Made by a program: the position numbers and the translations under genes
Part shown: positions 62,765-64,000 of the stretch, piece by piece
Layout of the letters: each line of letters begins with the position of its first letter
Numbering within the stretch: the first letter of the stretch is position 1
Source of the DNA: Octopus vulgaris
Taxonomy: Eukaryota
Direction of reading: 5' to 3'
DNA: 64,000 nt
NCBI GenBank assembly: GCA_951406725.2
Contig: OX597814.1
Coordinates: 87,048,001 to 87,112,000, forward strand
The notes under the pieces: model-generated
What the model was told of the DNA's origin: nothing
The model's database searches: none
Seen by the model: the letters and a program-made list of their open reading frames with translations, nothing else

Positions 62765-63489
62765 GTAGGAACATACAATTTTTTTCTTTTCATTCACTCT
62801 TAAACATTTCCATTGTTTTAAGAGCTTCTGTTGGATTTTATTTTATACTTCCACATATGCTTTCTTAGTCTGACATCAATTTTCACATATTTAGTTATTT
62901 GCATAACAACTGCTGTAATATATATTTTTACAGCTACTTACCTTTCTAATTTCTAATCAAAAGGCAGGTTGTATGTTTTCAGTTATATTGAGATAGGCTA
63001 AATAAAGTAGTTATTACTCTAATCCTATTTCTTACATATTTTAAGGTCTTATATATTTTACTAGGCATATTCAATCTGGAACATAAAGTTATGCCATGAT
63101 ACAGTACACTCTAAATTGAAATATGATCTAGAAATTAATGATATTATAAAAGATAATTATTTCAAATAAATCCAAAATAAAAAAAAAATGTTCTAATCCG
63201 AACAATCTTTATATAAAAGTAATAAACTCAGGCATATAAATATATAAATGACAATTCAATCAAAATGGTATTAATGTTTTAATGATAAGGGGTAAAACAA
63301 CTATCTCTGCACAACATTTTTATATCCATTTTACCAATCAATCTAATAATATGCTTTTTTTTGTTGGTGTTTATTTGTAAATTTGTGTGTGAAATTGCAT
63401 GTTTAGGGTGATGGGCTCATGATTAGAAGGTCGTGCATTCACTTCCTGGACCAAGGGGCTCATTGTGTTTTTGAGAAAGGCGATACATT

Positions 63490-64000
63490 TCATGTTCACT
63501 ACATCTCAGGCTTTTGGTTGCTTTTGGACCACAGTGTTCTCCAACAAGAATCTGACCACTTCCATGAAACTTGCTGTGTACAAGGCCATTGATATATCCA
63601 TTCTTCTATATGGTGTGGAAATCTGGATAATTTACAAGCACCTGAAAATTCTTGAATACTTTCACATCAAGTGTCTCCAAAGCATCCTGGGTGTCTCATG
63701 GGAAGACAGGATTCTACATAAAACCATCTTGGAATGCTGCAACTCCTTCAGCATAAAATCTCTTACTGTCAAGTGTCAACTTCACTAGACTGACCATCTC
63801 ATCAGGATACCCTGCTTGCATCTCCCATGTATTGGAGAACTTACTGAAGGCCAATTATCTGTTAACGGACAGAGGAAGAGATACAAAGATCAAGTTGCTG
63901 CCATCATGCAGAAATGCAATGTTCCTCCTATGGATTTGGAAACTCTTGCTGGGGATTGAAGCAGATAGAGGACCATCTGCCATTGAGCTTATGAAACCAC
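63490..64000 (+). mobile_element. RTE-BovB-like LINE ORF2 C-terminal fragment
   Basis: SQAFG...KLAVYKAI.ISILLYGVEIW...FHIKCLQSILGVSWEDRI...GELTEG...QRKRYKD. Confidence 0.85.

Overview
AT-rich, repeat-dense animal genomic DNA, most likely an octopus/coleoid cephalopod. That assignment is inferred from the SINE/RTE repertoire and was not tested. Two host genes lie head-to-head, 1.25 kb apart. The first is a complete two-coding-exon ASPHD1/2-like aspartate beta-hydroxylase-domain gene on the - strand (20610..19890 + 6138..5912, 315 aa, 13.75 kb intron). The second is the first 16 coding exons (~1056 aa, all phases compatible) of axonemal dynein heavy chain DNAH10 on the + strand (21865..62764, continuing beyond the window), with an RFX X-box upstream. 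The introns hold decayed mobile elements: RTE, BovB-like, CR1/L2 and R4/Dong-like LINE pieces, three tRNA-derived SINE families, mariner/Tc1 copies and MITEs, Helitron/Helentron pieces, a Gypsy fragment and microsatellites. No RNA genes or CRISPR arrays were found, and no clearly new multi-gene system is supported. Best leads: a PHD finger inside an RTE reverse transcriptase, tandem candidate pseudoknots in that family's 3' UTR, an iron-ligand His->Arg change in the ASPHD protein, a re-spliceable DNAH10 exon, a DD36E Tc1 element and an X-box carried by a mariner. Family assignments come from remembered motifs, not database searches. Repeat boundaries are approximate.
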